This document shows positions 62,801-64,000 of a stretch of DNA of 64,000 nucleotides, in pieces. Position numbers and translations under genes: made by a program. Position 1 is the first letter of the stretch. Each line of letters starts with the position of its first letter. Below the pieces are notes generated by a model, which was given only the letters and a program-made list of their open reading frames with translations, did no database searches and was not told the origin of the DNA. Source of the stretch: a bacterium (lineage in GTDB: Bacteria; Bacillota_I; Bacilli_A; Mycoplasmatales; Mycoplasmoidaceae); NCBI GenBank assembly GCA_017445805.1, contig JAFSSC010000005.1, forward strand, positions 43,683 to 107,682, in the 5' to 3' direction.

Positions 62801-64000
62801 AGGAAGATAGGAAATACGAAAAGTGTTGGCATTTAATTGGTTGTTTTTGTCATTATTAAAAAAAACATTATTTGTACTATCAGGAAAGATCATAATTTTT
62901 TTGCTTCAATCACGAATTTCATTAACAATTTCTTCTTGCTCTTTTGAAGAAACATTTGCATTGAATTTACATACAACAAAATTTTCTACAGGAGCATTAA
63001 CATTGGAAAGTTGGATTTGCTTAAAACCACCATCATTCAAATAAACTAGACAATCTCGTTTTGGATTAGAAATTAATTTTGTCAAACTAATTGATGGGTA
63101 AATGAAATCAGGTGTGATACCGCAACCAATGATAATAAAATCAAAATCTGAACAATTGTAGAGATATTTTTTTTCTATTCCCTTTCAATTCTTACATGTA
63201 ATTTCGTGTTCTTGGTTTTTATCGTTTGTATTTTTTGGTAATTTGAATTTTTGTTCATGTTTACCTCCTTTTAGCCAATATTCATACTCTTCATAAGTGA
63301 TCCAATTAATCCAATCAATAATTACTTTTTTATCAACATTAATAACTTTATTTGGATACATTAATTTGTACCATTGTACAAAAGGTTCGAAATTTGTAAA
63401 CATTAATGTTGAGATAACTTCTTTCTTGTTTTGTCGCATATACTCAGGATTTAAAACTGTAAACAAATCAAACAAATTATGAATTTCACTCTTTAAAATT
63501 GTCGTTTTTTCTTCAGCAAATGAATTAAGTCAAAAATTTCATTCGACTGTCAAAAACACCAAATCAAAATTAACAAACTCTTTATCGTAAAAATTTTTGA
63601 AGTAATATTCATATTTTTGCTTTAATAATTGCTTTTTTTGTTGTTCGTCATGTTGGAAAAGTGATTCATAATAAAGTTTGTAATCACTTGGGCCATGTTT
63701 TCCAAGATGGGAAACACAATCAATAATTTCATTCTGATTTTTAATTTGTTCATTATCAAAATTAGAAGGATTAATAAATTTTCCATTACAAATTCATTTA
63801 AAACGTTTTTGAACAATTTGCGCATATAGAAATTTTTCTTCTTTACCGTAACCGCAATCATCAAGATCAACTAATTTTATTTTGAACAAATCGTTGATAC
63901 TTTGTGGAACGACGAACTGTCCAACACGCTCGTTAGGACCATATTTATTTCCATTCGAATCAAAAAAAGTGAGATTTGCTCCATTAGGTGCATAATCATC
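59849..64000 (-). CDS. giant ABC transporter permease with FtsX-type domains (MG468-like), 5' end beyond the window
   Basis: One frame is open from the window edge to TAA 59851..59849, more than 1380 codons. Only TGA interrupts it, and I checked the gaps at 61199-61885, 62894-63184 and 63476-64000 codon by codon. It has two clusters of TM helices separated by very large Asn/Lys-rich loops. Confidence 0.8.

Overview
This is an AT-rich Mollicutes-type chromosome segment that only reads correctly under translation table 4 (TGA = Trp). Nearly every conserved gene is cut at TGA in the supplied standard-code ORF track, and the pieces rejoin in the same frame. All coordinates below are my own hand re-joins, and stops were checked as TAA or TAG.

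The core content is about 55 intact housekeeping genes:
- nrdD/nrdG, pth, rplA-rplK, a PknB-like kinase, pepF, hup
- infC-rpmI-rplT, a membrane GT2 glycosyltransferase, smpB-rnr-secG
- a complete atpI-like-BEFHAGDC operon, miaB, trmB, gatCAB, rplJ-rplL
- a cls-like gene, recO-era-ybeY-rsmI, ybaB-recR, dnaG, glyQS, ftsH-hpt
- a TSCPD protein, lgt, tilS, gyrB-gyrA, pta, mutM
- an MG467/MG468-style ABC ATPase with a giant FtsX-type permease that runs off the window

RNA genes are tRNA-Lys(CTT), tRNA-Leu(TAG), tRNA-Ser(GCT), tmRNA and a minimal SRP RNA.

The accessory content is all decayed defence or mobile DNA:
- A type II R-M pair at 5977-7522, with both genes broken at an A7 run.
- A 5.4-kb patch at 51992-57413, just beyond tmRNA/tRNA-Ser/pta. 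It holds a second frameshifted R-M pair and a cas9 relic in 8 fragments with 7 frameshifts all in the same direction. The relic is cut off just after HNH, and no cas1, cas2 or array is present.
- An orphan tracrRNA-like or solo-repeat element with its own terminator abuts the cas9 relic. Two unknown ORFs follow it.

Other oddities:
- The class III RNR glycyl-radical module is encoded as a separate ORF downstream of nrdG.
- A TrxB-like flavoprotein precisely lacks its NADPH domain.
- The cls-like protein has degenerate HKD motifs.
- The ABC ATPase has a roughly 260-aa N-terminal extension.

I saw no rRNA, IS element or transposase, or CRISPR array. No database search was possible, so family calls rest on recognised motifs and synteny.
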